The translations under genes and the position numbers were made by a program. DNA of 64,000 nucleotides. Origin: Octopus vulgaris. Its lineage: Eukaryota. The stretch is taken from assembly GCA_951406725.2 (NCBI GenBank), contig OX597823.1, positions 27,280,001 through 27,344,000 on the forward strand. The letters are read 5' to 3'. This document shows, piece by piece, positions 1-12,659 of this stretch. The notes below the pieces were generated by a model that was given only the letters and a program-made list of their open reading frames with translations, did no database searches and had not been told where the DNA came from. Positions within the stretch are counted from its first letter, which is position 1. Each line of letters begins with the position of its first letter.

Positions 1-222
1 ACACAGACATACACACGCACATACATATATATATATGTATATATAGAGAGAGAGGGGGAGGGAGTAGAAAGAGAGAGATAAAATGGATATTTAAACATTC
101 ATGTATGTATATGCATGTTCACGGGGTTAAGCCGTTTCTGGATGCAAAACCACTGATCATCACTCTATGACTGGATATAGACTTAACTAGTTATAAATAC
201 ATTACTGTTCCATGATTTAGAG

Positions 223-310
223 CAGTGGTTCTCAAACTGGGATCCGCGGTCTTCTACGGGACCACGAAACGATTGTAAGGGGACCGCGAAGGGACGCTGA
301 AATTTCATGA
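223..310 (+). mobile_element. Probable hAT (Charlie-like) DNA transposon/MITE end
   Basis: Starts CAGTGGTTCTCAAACTGGG, a typical hAT terminus, followed by a GC-rich subterminal region. The partner end was not found. Confidence 0.4.
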
Positions 311-523
311 AAAAGAGCTGGCTTGAGACAGTTAAGTTTAAAACTTTCAAGTCTCTCAGTTTTTAGCAAGCTCTAAGCCTTTTCTTGTCGTTGGCTTCAA
401 AAACCCACGCCACTCCTGCACACTCATTTGCTAACAACTTGTTGTACAACAAATGTGATTGGCCAATAGAAAATATGCGGGTATAACGGTTGGTCGTGCA
501 TGAGTTGTCAGTATTTTTCGTTT

Positions 524-748
524 GAAGGCGGCGAGCTGGCACAAACGTTAGCACGCCGGGCGAAATGCTTAGCAGTATTTCGTCTGCCGTTAAGTTCTGA
601 GTTCAAATTCCGCCGAGGTCGACTTTGCCTTTCATCCTTTCGGGGTCGATAAATTAAGTACCAGTTACGCACTGGGGTCGATATAATCGACTTAATCCGT
701 TTGTTTGTCCTCTCTGTGTTTAGCCCCTTGTGGGTAGTAAAGAAATAG
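524..748 (+). mobile_element. tRNA-derived SINE, family A, with 13-bp flanking duplication
   Basis: Head GGCGGCGAGCTGGC..., B-box-like GAGTTCAAATTCC, body GTCGACTTTGCCTTTCATCCTTTCGGGGTCGATAAATTAAGTACC. Flanked by gtatttttcgttt at 511-523 and 749-761. Many copies in the window. Confidence 0.9.
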
Positions 749-1129
749 GTATTTTTCGTTTCTCGTTTGTTTTGTAATCAGTTGATTAACTGATTCCCCA
801 TATTTTCATGCGCATCTATTGTATCCCAATGGTGAATTGCCTGGATTAAGTCGTGGTTTTAAGGGTTGCGGGTCTATGGGCAGTGTGGTTGATTGTCCGA
901 AAATTACGGTACATGAATGTATATCATTTTTACCATGTTGATTATCCTGCGTTTTATTGGGGATTGCGAATCAGAAAAAAAACTGTAAGGGAATTGGTTT
1001 TAATCTCCATTATCGTCTCTTACGGCTATCGTCATCATCGCATGCTAACTAGAAAAACGAACCTAAAAAAATTTGGTCGAACATACTGAAAGAAAATTGA
1101 ATTGTCATGGTATAAAAAATTCCAAACGC

Positions 1130-1900
1130 ATAGAAAAATCGGAAAAGTAAATATTTGTTCATTGAAGTGCATTCCTTAATTAGCTGGTTGTGTTCAGTTT
1201 TAATGAACTGCTTAACTAGTTTACAAAACCGAAAAGAAGAAAAAAGACTGTCGTACCATTGAAGGCGAATAAAAAATAACCGGAAGCTAAAACATAGACA
1301 AATTGTTTTATGAATGCTTTGCATCAAAGATCATTATCTCCATTCACTATAAATAAATTGGATTTAAATGAGCAAATTATTGCCCGTATACGGAATTGCT
1401 ATATCAAAGGTGACTCCACTGATCTGCCTACCTTCGATTTCCAAGTGAGTGTTCGAGTGTTGCAATTCTGTCAGTAGCATTGCATATCATCTCTAATTAC
1501 GACAATGGAATAGCCAAATCTAGTTTTTTACTTCTACGAGTGTTTAGTTATCACTTTTTTGCCTCAGGATAAAACCTATTCGATATCAAATTTCTTCCCA
1601 GTGAGATATACATCTAACTTCTCTCACGTGTCTTAACCTGCACAATTTAAATTAACTCAGCAAATGGAACAATATAATGGTTAAAATCTACAAGGTATGT
1701 AACGTTGATAGCCTTATCATATCAAAGTTGTAATGTAATCCCTGTAAATATTAATTATTAGCAACGACACTGTATTTCATTTTGCAGCCAAGTATATTAA
1801 AGGTTTCCAAATCAATATTTTATCTGACATTTTGTGTTAACAGTGCGATATTCTCATTTTTGAGGGATAGGGTCTTCGCATTTTTTATTTCCTCATTTTC
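1130..1900 (-). pseudogene. Possible highly decayed Penelope-like RT fragment
   Basis: Minus-strand scraps (KFDIE.FYP, VTFDIA, QSIHKTICLCF) resemble the RT at 47031-48266 (QFDIASYY, NFDVAMG, ERIRKKIRLFF). Many stops. Confidence 0.3.
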
Positions 1901-2046
1901 ATTCGATCTATAGTGTATCCCTCGATAATATAATTCCTGTACAAACACTATTCATTTATCAGCTTCCTTGTATGTTTATACATGAATATCCGTGTTCCAC
2001 CGTCAAATGCACCTAGCTGTATAATGCTACAGCTATATATATATAC

Positions 2047-2107
<61 letters not shown>

Positions 2108-2108
<1 letters not shown>

Positions 2109-2334
2109 TTTATTTAAAATCAGCAGAAATTTAACAAAACCTGTTACTCGGAGTTTCAGGTTCCCGTTCGTCGGGCAGTTTTGTTAACAAAATTGTCCGA
2201 CGAACGGGAAGGTGAAACTCCGAGTAACAGGTTTTGTTGAATTTCTGCTGCTTTTAAATAAAGCATATTACTCTACCCCCTGGTATTTGAGTACTCTTTT
2301 CTTCCATCTTGTTTCACATTTATGTGTTTACTCC

Positions 2335-2337
<3 letters not shown>
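2108..2337. mobile_element. Palindromic mini-element in (TA)n with two opposed hammerhead folds
   Basis: 156-bp near-perfect inverted repeat 2108-2263 centred on gtt|aac (2185/2186). The + arm reads ttgt-CCGACGA-acgggaaggt-GAAA-ctccgag-TA-acag, with a mirror copy on the - strand. AATAAA and a ~75-bp tail follow. (TA)n on both sides. Confidence 0.75.
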
Positions 2338-2397
<60 letters not shown>

Positions 2398-3289
2398 AGA
2401 TCAATGCAATGGAAAGTGTATGAACAACTGGCAAGTGCTGCCCTCGATGAGAATTATTTTCAATGAAGCCATTTTCCTCAATTTTATTCGCGTTTACGAA
2501 TGTGACTAAAGGAAAAAGATGTGTGTGTGTGTGTGTGTATAATCAACCTGTACATATTTTCGTTGTATTTGAACTAAATAAAAATCAATTGAAATGATTC
2601 GTATCTACACTCACACGCATGCGCACGTGTACGCAAACATATATACATACATACATACATACATGCATACATTCATACACAATACATACAGCCACACACA
2701 CCCACATACATGTAAACATCATTCTTCACTTGTTATGCATATACATATGTGTGTGTGTGTGTATGAGTGTGTGTGTGTGTATGTATATTTATGTACAGAC
2801 ACACACACACATATTTATACACATTCAGTGAAAACCGAAAGATAAAAGAAGCGAAATACACCATTATAATAGAAGCGAGAGTCAATTAAGAAGTATACAT
2901 ACAAAAATCAGCAATTTAACGCAATAAATATTATTTAGTTTTGATATGTTTGCAAGCTGCAAATGCCAGTCGAAACGCTGAATCTTTCTCTCTATTAATC
3001 CCTTATCAAAATTATAGCACAATGAATAAACCAAGTAGGAGAATGAAAGCAAGAGAAAGAAAACTCATTTATTTCTTTGCTGATTATTGCTTGGGGTTGA
3101 CGTGTGTATCAATGGTGCCATCTTCTGACTATTGACTGTTCCTGTAGATTGACGTGGGCTTTTATTGTACTTTATCTTATTTCTAACGCATTGACAATCT
3201 ATTGAAAGTAGTTATTTCAGGTTTGAAGAGATTTATTAATTCTTGTACTAACTTCAGTGTTATCCTGAAACATACAGAAATACAAAAAG

Positions 3290-3439
3290 ATATCTGCGTG
3301 GTATGAAGCTTGCTTCTCAAAGACTTGGTCCCGAGTTCGGTTCCATTGCGTACCAACTTTTACTGTCTTTTACTGTCGCCTTCAGTCGACCACAGCATTG
3401 TCAGTGGATTAGGTAAACGGGAACTGAAAGAAGCCCGTC

Positions 3440-3516
<77 letters not shown>

Positions 3517-3770
3517 TACATTATATATACATATATGTGTGTGTGTCTGCTCGCGTCTTTGAGTCTGTGTCCCCCACCACGGCTCAATAACCAGTTTTGG
3601 TGTGCTTACGTCTCCTTAACTTAGCGGTTCGGGAAAAAGGATCCGATAGAATAAGTGCTAGGCTCAAAAAAAAAGTCCTGGGGTAAATCTCTTCGTCTAA
3701 AACACGTCAAGGCAGTGCCCCACCATGGCCGCAGTCAAAAGCGAGTGAAACGTGAAACTGTTAAAAGATA
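3290..3770 (+). mobile_element. tRNA-derived SINE, family B (diverged)
   Basis: Same order of blocks as 30391-30810: head, ggaactgaaagaagcccgt, internal (TA)n, acttagcggttcgg, catggccgcagtcaaa tail. Confidence 0.85.
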
Positions 3771-4230
3771 CATACATACATATATATATCACGAGAGTTC
3801 CAGTTGATCCAATCAACGGAACAGCCTGCTCGTGAAATTAACCTACAAGTGGCTGAGCACTCGACAACTGTTTCATGGATATAAAACATATCCCATCACC
3901 AGGGACGCTATGAGAGATACGAATTGAATAGAAGAGTTCAATATAAGAAAGCATTTTGGAAAGTGATGGATAAAGGAAGTATAAAGGGAAATATAAGAAT
4001 AAAGATAAAAACATATGTTGGATGTTACAGTTGCAGTTCCATTATACAAGGAAAGTGCTCTGTAGAATGGGTAAAGAAGCTTCTTATGAATGGTCTGTAA
4101 ATTCCTTTAGCACTTACATAGCTTTTCCTGCCTTTTGGGTCTTCTGGATACCAAAATCTCTCATGTATATCTATACATATAAATTTGATATGGGCTATTC
4201 TTTCTTGTCTTGGGATTCACGATAATAAAA

Positions 4231-4385
4231 AGGCAAGCTGGCAGAATTGTTAGCACGCCGGGCGAAATGCATAGCGATATTTCGTTTGCCGCTACGTTCT
4301 GAATTACCAGTTGACTACTGGGGTTGATATGATCGACAGACCCCTCCCCACAAAATCCAGGCCTTGCGCCTATAGTAGAAAGTAT
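4231..4385 (+). mobile_element. SINE family A, internally deleted
   Basis: gctggcagaattgttagcacgccgggcgaaatgc head, and ctggggttgat tail block. Confidence 0.8.
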
Positions 4386-4546
4386 TAACATATTACGCAA
4401 CGATTATAAATATTATCATACCAAATTCATATTGCGTAATAATAACGTTAGATAATAAATAATAGAATAATCATTAGGAGAATGTAGTGGAATAATTTTG
4501 TGTGATTCATGTGTGATTCACACACACACACACACATACACACACA

Positions 4547-4604
<58 letters not shown>

Positions 4605-4613
<9 letters not shown>

Positions 4614-4832
4614 CCTTAACCTAGATCTTAAAGATGAGATTCAGCGTGACACAGAATGTAACAATCCTGCCCCTTTGAAATACATGCACTGCTTGTTTTT
4701 GCCAGTGGACTGGACTGGCGCAATACGAAATAAAGTGTCTTGCTCAAGGACACAACGCGCCGCCGGGAATCGAAATCAAGATCTTCTGATTGGGAATCTA
4801 ATACATGAACCACTAAGCTACGCGCCTACACC
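4605..4832 (-). mobile_element. tRNA-derived SINE, family C/D
   Basis: Minus-strand head gtgtaggcgcgtagcttagtggtt...ttcgattcccgg, followed by ccttgagcaagacactttatttc. Shares the attcagcgtgacacaga block with 20721-20916. Confidence 0.75.
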
Positions 4833-4852
4833 ATTAATATAGAAAGGTAAAA

Positions 4853-5404
4853 TATTAGGCTGAAGAAAATGTTCGTGCGCCGTGTTAACATAATGCTTTT
4901 TCATATATTTTTGTGGTGTGTGTGTGTGTGTGTTCATTCAGATCATGTCTTGTTCAAAAGCGATTCACTGTTGAAAAGTACGCAAGGCTTGTTTGTCGAA
5001 AACGCGCTTTGTTCCAACAAGACAATGCAAAGCCGCACACCGCACACAGAAAGACCAGTAACACGATTGAAGAATTAGACGGTGTGGTAGTTCTGCCACA
5101 TCCAGCCTATAGTCAAGATGTTGCTCCATCTGGCTACGGTCTCTTCCAATCAATGCAGCACTTTATGAAAGGTCACCGATTTGTATCATTCGATGAACTT
5201 GCAGAAGCTTGTCAAGAATTTTCTTTTATCCAAAGCCGAAGGATTGGTACCTTGACCAAAACCGAAAGCTTGCAGATCGTTGGCCGAAGGTCGTGGAAAA
5301 CGATGGTGTTTATTTTGAAGAATGGTTGTTGTTTTTGAATAAACTCTTGCATAAAATATCATTATTTTAATACATCACACGAACTCTTTCCTGAACCTAG
5401 TGTA
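4853..5404 (+). mobile_element. Internally deleted mariner with both TIRs
   Basis: Left TIR tattaggctgaagaaaatgttcgtg and right cacacgaactctttcctgaacctagtgta. Transposase C-terminal motifs LFQQDNAKPH and HPAYSQDVAPSGYGLF (ORF 4913-5338). Confidence 0.9.
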
Positions 5405-5568
5405 TACCCGAATTGAAACGAATACCGAGTTCAATATGATCAACTAAAAAGAAGGTGTGCCATAAGAAGAGGGTGTGCCACATCAAGGCCGCTGTCCAAA
5501 GACTAAAACCATGAGACTGTATATTTGGGACTACATTATCCAATGTGCCATCCCTTTTTAGACAGTGG

Positions 5569-5868
5569 CACTCTGTCGGTTACGACGACGAAGGTTCCAG
5601 TTGAATCGATCAACGTAGTTCTCGGTGAGATTCAGCGTGGAACAGAGTGTGACAAGGCTGACCCCTTTGAAATACATGTACAAGAGAGAGAGAGATAGAG
5701 AGAGGAAGAAAGAGTGCGAGAAAATTGTGGTGAATGAGTAAAGCAGGGTTCGTCACCACCCCTGCCGGAGCCACGTCGTGCTTTAGCTCAATAAAAATCC
5801 ACCACGCCCGGTTTGGGAATCGAAGCTGCGATCTCACTGCCCTAACCACTAAGCGATTGCGCCTGCAC
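5569..5868 (-). mobile_element. tRNA-derived SINE, family D
   Basis: Minus-strand head gtgcaggcgcaatcgcttagtggttagggcag. The tail block ctgtcggttacgacgacgaaggttcc is shared with 20721-20760. Confidence 0.75.
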
Positions 5869-6182
5869 CCATTTTAGATAATAGGTTGTGATTTAAAAAA
5901 GCTCAGCTTTATATTTCTAGCAGTCCTTGTAGGGAACTATTAATTTAATTGCCGGATTAAATCATTCTAAAAATGTTCGCTTCATATTTGTGTTAAATGT
6001 ATATCTTCCGATTATTATTGGGAAATTCAGAGTGAGTGGGACGTGGAAGGGAAGAGGGTTGAGAGAGGAGAAGGAGAAATAATGAATGAGAATGATAGAT
6101 AGGGATACATTGAATGGATACAGAGATATAGGGTTAGAGAATAGTGGCAAGCATTCAGTCTGAAAGTGCATTTGAGGTGTAC

Positions 6183-6184
<2 letters not shown>

Positions 6185-6213
<29 letters not shown>

Positions 6214-6258
6214 GTGAGTGAGAGCGAGAGGGATAAATAAAGGCGATAGATAGACAGA

Positions 6259-6319
<61 letters not shown>

Positions 6320-6412
6320 CAGATAGATAGATCGACAGATAGACAGACAGACTGACAGATAGATAGATAGATAGATAGATAGATACATACATACATACAT
6401 ACATACATACAT
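6185..6412. repeat. Compound microsatellite (GA)n/(GATA)n/(CATA)n, inverted duplicate of 7628-7851
   Basis: The irregular variant order (gactgacag, atcgacag, ggataaataaaggcgatag) matches the reverse complement of 7628-7851. Confidence 0.9.
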
Positions 6413-7146
6413 AAATAGAGACTGATTAATTTAAAGGGAACTCAAAAAAGGACGGAGACAAGGAAGGAGAGAGATAACATATGTGTGTGTGCCTGTGTGC
6501 CTGTGTGTGTGTGTGTATAGGCGCACACATATAGGAGAGTGTGGTTTTTTTGTGTACGTGTGTGTCGGTGTCTGCATGTTTGCGTTTGTTTGTTTCACTA
6601 GAAGAAGTGAAAGAAGCTTTCGTTTTAAGTATCAAATTTAAGTACACAATAATCACTCGCCATATCGCGATTCACCCACGCCGCTCTCAGAATGTGGCAA
6701 TCCCTGGAACATCTGTTGTTATCGCTATATAAATGGATTTTTGTGGAGATTATGATTTAATTTGACAAGCTAATACCATTAGACATTGAAAATTGAATTC
6801 CAGAGAAGTCATTTGCAGAAGTGGGGAATGCGTTTGATAAAGATTTGTATACATAATAAGTAATGGTGTTGAAGACGCGGGTATCTTCGACAATGCAACA
6901 AAGTATAGGTGCTGGAAAGACCGAGTTAGGAAATTAAAATATCTAATTATTATGGAGATTATGATTCAGTTTGACACGCTAACATTACCACACATTGAAA
7001 ATAGAATTTCAGAGAAATCATTTGAAGAGTTTGATAAAGCTTTGTGTAATTTAAAAAAAAACACGATTGAATTTTATAGGTGAGTTTTAGAATGTGACGT
7101 ATGAGTGTTTGACAGATTTATGTGTTTTAAAACTATAACATATAAT

Positions 7147-7545
7147 TATTTCTTTATTGCCCACAGGTGGCTTAACATAGAATGGACAAACAAGGACTGG
7201 CATCGACCCCAGTTCCTAACCGGTACTTATTTAATCGACCCCAAAAGGGTGAAATGCAAAGCCGACTTCGACGGAATTTGAACTCAGAACGTAACGGCAG
7301 ACGAAATACCTAATTTCTTTACTACCCACAAGGAGCTAAACACAGAGAGGGCAAACAAGGACAGACAAACGGATTAAGTCGATTGTATCGACCCCAGTGC
7401 GTAACTGGTACTTATTTAATCGACCCCGAAAGGATGAAAGGCAAAGTTGACTTAGGCGGAATTTGAACTCAGAAAGTAACGGCAGATGAAATACCGCTAA
7501 GCATTTAGCCCGGTGTGCTATCATTTCTGCCAGCTTGCCGCCTTC
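7147..7545 (-). mobile_element. SINE family A with tandemly repeated body
   Basis: Head at 7500-7543 on the minus strand. The body unit (gtatttc..ctgccgttac...aaagaaat) occurs twice. Confidence 0.9.
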
Positions 7546-7624
7546 GAATTTGTCTAAATTGAAGCAATTATTTTCTAACATTAGCAAGGTCAGGAAACAT
7601 GTAGAATTGATTGCTGGTATATAT

Positions 7625-7656
<32 letters not shown>

Positions 7657-7720
7657 TCTATCTATCTATCTATCTATCTATCTGTCAGTCTGTCTGTCTA
7701 TCTGTCGATCTATCTATCTG

Positions 7721-7781
<61 letters not shown>

Positions 7782-9282
7782 TCTGTCTATCTATCGCCTT
7801 TATTTATCCCTCTCGCTCTCACTCACTCTCTCTCCCTCTCTCTCTCTCTCTCATATTATATGTATCAGATAGTGATGCAACTAAGGATTTCAAATGGATG
7901 AGGGAGCTTTGCCAGAGTTGAGTAAATTTCTAGAAATAGTAATCAAATTTTCTTCACATTATGCGTCAACCAAGGAGCTCCCACGTATTCGTTTGACCTG
8001 GTAAAACTAGCAGCCATATCTCCCATAAAACACCAGTCAATGAAGGAGCTTCCATTTAATCGCTTGATATGCTAAAAGGAGCAGCTGAATCTCCATATCA
8101 GGTGTCAAAGAAGGATTTTTTTTTTACAGTGGATTCACGACATATTGGAAATAGCAGTTAAATTTCCTTTGACTGATAACGTTAGAAAAATGGCTGGATA
8201 CATTAGATAATGCAGCCCTAGAACATAAACACAAATTGTTCACTGATAAAAAGCCTTTGATCATACATCGGCGCAGTCGGATCTCAGGACTATGTATCTA
8301 GAACAAGCAGATGGGTAAAAAGTAAAGTGAATTTCGAGGTGGCACGTCATTTCTGATCACAGAAAACGAAGCTAAATATCATCACATATTCAATATGGGC
8401 CAGCTAATCAGAGATCCTATAGCTACCCATCCATAGCGCAGCTAAAGGAGAGTGAGGGGGCGAAAGTTTTATGGGGTGGCATTTGGGGTTTGCTTTATAA
8501 ACTTGTATATGCTTAGGGGTCCCGGGTGGGGAACAACTCAAGAGCTACCCGGGCGGCACACTCTCTAGTTAAACCACCACTGAGACAGCCTGCTAAGGCT
8601 AACATTCAAACTCTTCTTCCAGTTATGCACCAGTATCATAGCAGCTAAAGAACTTTCTATATTATAGTCGTAGATATACAAAATACTGGATGGGCAATTT
8701 TGATCATATATCAGCCCAATGAAGGCTAACATGGGTTTAAACTACAGAAGGAACTAAAACAACTACGTTCTTCTAATGTTTCAAACAAACGTACCGCTCG
8801 CCTTTGTATCATAACATATATGTATATATATCATCTAAGCTCGACGTTAATTGATTTTATTTTTGGGCTTAGATTTCATTGTTTAAAAATGTACAATGCA
8901 TTATGGACAGATTAATAAAAAGTGGACTCTTCATTTGCGAAGTTATGTAATGGGAAAAGTAAAAACAATAACAGCAAATGAAGACAAAACGTTTTCTGCA
9001 ATATACCATTATTGTGACTATAATGTAAGCAATATAGTATCATAATCAATTACACATGATTTAAGCCTAATCGACCGTCACGTAATGATCTTCCTTTTTT
9101 TCCATTCTTTTTTTTTTTTGCCATTTTACTTTCCAATCCTTATTCCATGCTATTATTGTATCAGATGAATGGTTGGAGAAAAAAGAACCGAGAATTGTAA
9201 GCCATATTGAATGACGTCAGATATTACGTTAGCATTAACAATAATTTATTAGATTGGTGAAGCTTCGGTAATGTATTGGTTT

Positions 9283-9490
9283 CAAATTTTGGCACAAAGC
9301 CAGCAATTTTGGGGAGGGAGTAAGTTTATTACATTGACCCTAACGCTCAACTGGTTCTTTGTTAATCGATCCCGAAAGGATGAAAGGTAAAGTCGGCATC
9401 TGCAGAATTTTAACACACAACGTGGAGACGGACGGAGTGGAGCAAAACATTTTTCCCGGTGTGCTAACGATTCTGCCAGCTCGCCGCATT
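9283..9490 (-). mobile_element. SINE family A variant
   Basis: Minus-strand gcggcgagctggcagaatcgttagcacaccggg, cctttcatcctttcggg and the tail ttgtgccaaaatttgaaacc. Confidence 0.85.
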
Positions 9491-9502
9491 CTTCTTTGTT
9501 AA

Positions 9503-10695
9503 TACAAGGTGATATCACAAGATTCCAAGACTAATTTTGTTGTGCGCCAACACATGGCATCACAGGGTTGCGTGCGCAATGATAGCTAGCAGTCAGCTTC
9601 ATGAGACATCGCTGTATGTGAAATTTGTGTTGTAGTGATGACATCTATTCTGTAGTCTGTGATTTTGTCATGGACAGTTAGTTGGAACAAAGAGCCAACG
9701 AACGTGAAACGAAATTTTGGCATTAAACCGAAAGCCTGCTACAGAGACATATTCAGCAAGCTTACGGCGAGATGGGCAATGGATCCTGCGCAATGCTTCG
9801 AGTGGCACGGACGCTTTAAAAGCGGATGAACGTGCATAGAAGACGATGAGCGATCTTGAAGCCATGCCACGAGCGTCAACCCCGGAAATGTAGAGAAATT
9901 TCATCAGCTTGTGCATGAGGATCGGAGGAGGACAATCAATGACATTTCCGATGTTATTAGTCTGTCGTATAGGTCCGTGCAAATAATCCTAACGTCTGAA
10001 TTGAACATGCGGCCTGTCTCTGCCAAGTTTATCACCCGCCCGCTGGCCACTGAGCAGAAAGAACATCACGCCGAAGTCTGTCAAGATCTCCACTAGCGTG
10101 GCGCTGATGACCCATCTTTCATGTTGGAGATCATCACCGGTGACGCGAGTTGGATCAACGCAGCAGCGGTCGTCATAATGGGAGAGGCCTTAGTCTCCAC
10201 GACCGAAGAAGTTACGACATATCCGCAGCTCAATCAAGAACATGCTCATCTATTTTCTACATCTGCGGTATTGTGCATCGAGAATTCTACCCCCCAGGGC
10301 CAGACCGTCAATGGAAAGTTCTACTGCGACGTTTGGAAGCGACTGAAGGAGGATATTCGGCGAAAGTGACCGGATCTGTGGAGCTCGAAGAATTGGATTC
10401 TCACGACCACCATGCACCCTGTCATCGACCTCTCCTCACTCGTGAGTTTTACACCAAAACTGACATACTCTCGCTTCCGCAGCCACCCTGATCGCCAGAT
10501 TTAGCACCTGCAGACTTCCATCTCTTCCCCAAGATGAAAATGCAGATCAAAGGTCTTCGGCATTTTAACACCCTCGTCGAAAGTCAGAGCCAATTGCAGA
10601 TGGTCGTCGACTCGCTTACGAGAAACGAATTCCAGGCCGGATTCCAAAAGTGGCACGAACACTAGGACCGGTTTACAGCTGCGCAAGGTGACAGT
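9503..10695 (+). mobile_element. Decayed mariner transposon (DD34D-type transposase pseudogene)
   Basis: Motifs across frameshifts: EDRRRTINDI, ELNMRPVSAKFI, IITGDASW, PQGQTVNGKFYCDVWKRL, HDHHAPCH, LPQPP.SPDLAPADFHLFPK. Candidate left TIR TA-caaggtgatatcacaagattcc. Confidence 0.9.
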
Positions 10696-11179
10696 TTTGT
10701 AAAATTTACTCAGTAAAATATTTAGCTATAGAGATCGAAATATAAGTTGTCGACTCTGGTGTATATGTATGCTTTAAATAATCGACCAAATGCTAAATAA
10801 ACCTCTAACATTTATCAGAGGCAATTTATTAATAGGAGTGAGTAAAAATGAATGCCAAATTATGCGTGAAGTTATAAAAGGAAACGAAATATATGTTTCG
10901 CTACAAACAGTGTTTTCGCTGTAAGCAACATTTGCAACAATTAATATGTCCTGTTAATTTATAAATTTCTCTGGATTACTTGAGATTACTTTGGCCCAAA
11001 GACAGTTAGCAAAATGACAGGAAAATGACAGGAAAATGTCAGTGGTGATAATTGCACATGATGCTTGAGCTGTAAATCCTACATTTTCCTGAAAAATGAT
11101 TGTAAGCATTCCATTAATATTTATGTATACATATGCACTCATAAACACTTACACAGACACACACGCGCGCAAGCACAAT

Positions 11180-11223
<44 letters not shown>

Positions 11224-11492
11224 TACACAGATACGTGTATGCACACGAAAACGCATTTTCAGCTGGCACTATGTATTTTTATATCCTTGTGATGGATATA
11301 TAATGTAACGAAGCAGCAGGGAAAGAAAGTATTTACACGATACATTACGATCACTATTACACGAGACCCAAACCCACAATCAGCAGTGACCTGCTTACCA
11401 ATTCTTTGCTCACTGACAGATCTTTATTTTATAGCAATGTGCCAGTTCACATTTAGTCACTTGGGGGCGGTTGGAATCCTTCCACAGCAGTA

Positions 11493-11720
11493 TTTATTTC
11501 TTTATTGCCCACAAGGGGCTAAAAATAGAGGATACAAACAAGGACAGACAAAGGGATTAAGTCGATTACATCGACCCCAGTGCATAACTGGTACTTATTT
11601 AATCGACCCCAAAAGGATGAAAGGCAAAGTCGACTTCGGCGGAAATTGGACTCAGAACGTAACGGCAGACGAAATGCCGCTAAGCGTTTCGCCCGGTGTG
11701 CTAAAGTTTCTGCCATCTCG
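11493..11720 (-). mobile_element. SINE family A
   Basis: Reverse complement closely matches 524-748. Confidence 0.9.
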
Positions 11721-11900
11721 CAGTATTGTGCATGTATCTATAAGTACATACACACACGCATACATACATACACACATGCATTATACACAATTACGTATAT
11801 ATAAATATATAAGGATATTAATATTAATAGTTTAAAATAATATCAATGGCTAGCATGCCTAAAAAACCATTAAGACAAAATTATTAATTAATAATGAAGG

Positions 11901-12368
11901 TGTAGTGGAAATATATAGTCAGTACAAAGTGTTGATGTGGCTGCGTGTATGTTATTACAATAGTTCATAAAAAGATGAAGAATAAATTTAAGACTTATAT
12001 ATTTAATATATAGAAATATATTTTCTTTTTCTGGTCGATGATGATACATAGAATAAGAATGTAGAATCTAGTTGAATGACGTAATCTATGCAAGAAATTG
12101 CAGAGATAGAAAATGTAGAAATGACAGCTAAGTGGTGGTTTTCAGTCATGTTGCGTAGAGAAATAGCCGGACATAGCAATGACGTGGATGACTCTAAGTC
12201 TAATCGACTAAGAAGCGAAGAGCAGGGCTAGCAAGCTGCTTTTATTAATGGAATGCTAGATATTCTAGAAACTCCCAGATGCTTCGAGAAACTTAGAGAA
12301 GGGAAGTTACACTATAATCTTTCTTGCAAGGGAGATCATTCAACTCTTTAGGTACGTAGGCCATTACA
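11901..12368. mobile_element. Solo LTR (probably Gypsy-type), 468 bp
   Basis: Termini TGTAGTGG...CCATTACA (TG..CA, 7/8 inverted match). 4-bp TSD AAGG at 11897-11900 and 12369-12372. AATAAA on the minus strand near 12241. Confidence 0.75.
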
Positions 12369-12659
12369 AAGGGTATTACTTCTAGCATCATCATGCTAAA
12401 AATAGCCCGCTTCGGACGTGATTTTGGGCCTGGGTCAGTATTACTCACTGACGAGAACAAAGTGATCATTCACAAAGTTCAAAATCATTCTGATATGGGT
12501 ATTTGCAATTCTTTTCTTCTATAATAAGAGATCTTAAAATTTTACTGCTCGTTCTCTCGATTTTGCCCCTCTGTACAAGTGAAAACTGTGGTTTTGAGCC
12601 GTTTTGACTGTTAGTTTTAGCATGCTGGTGCTACAAATAGTACCCTTCATTTCATATAT

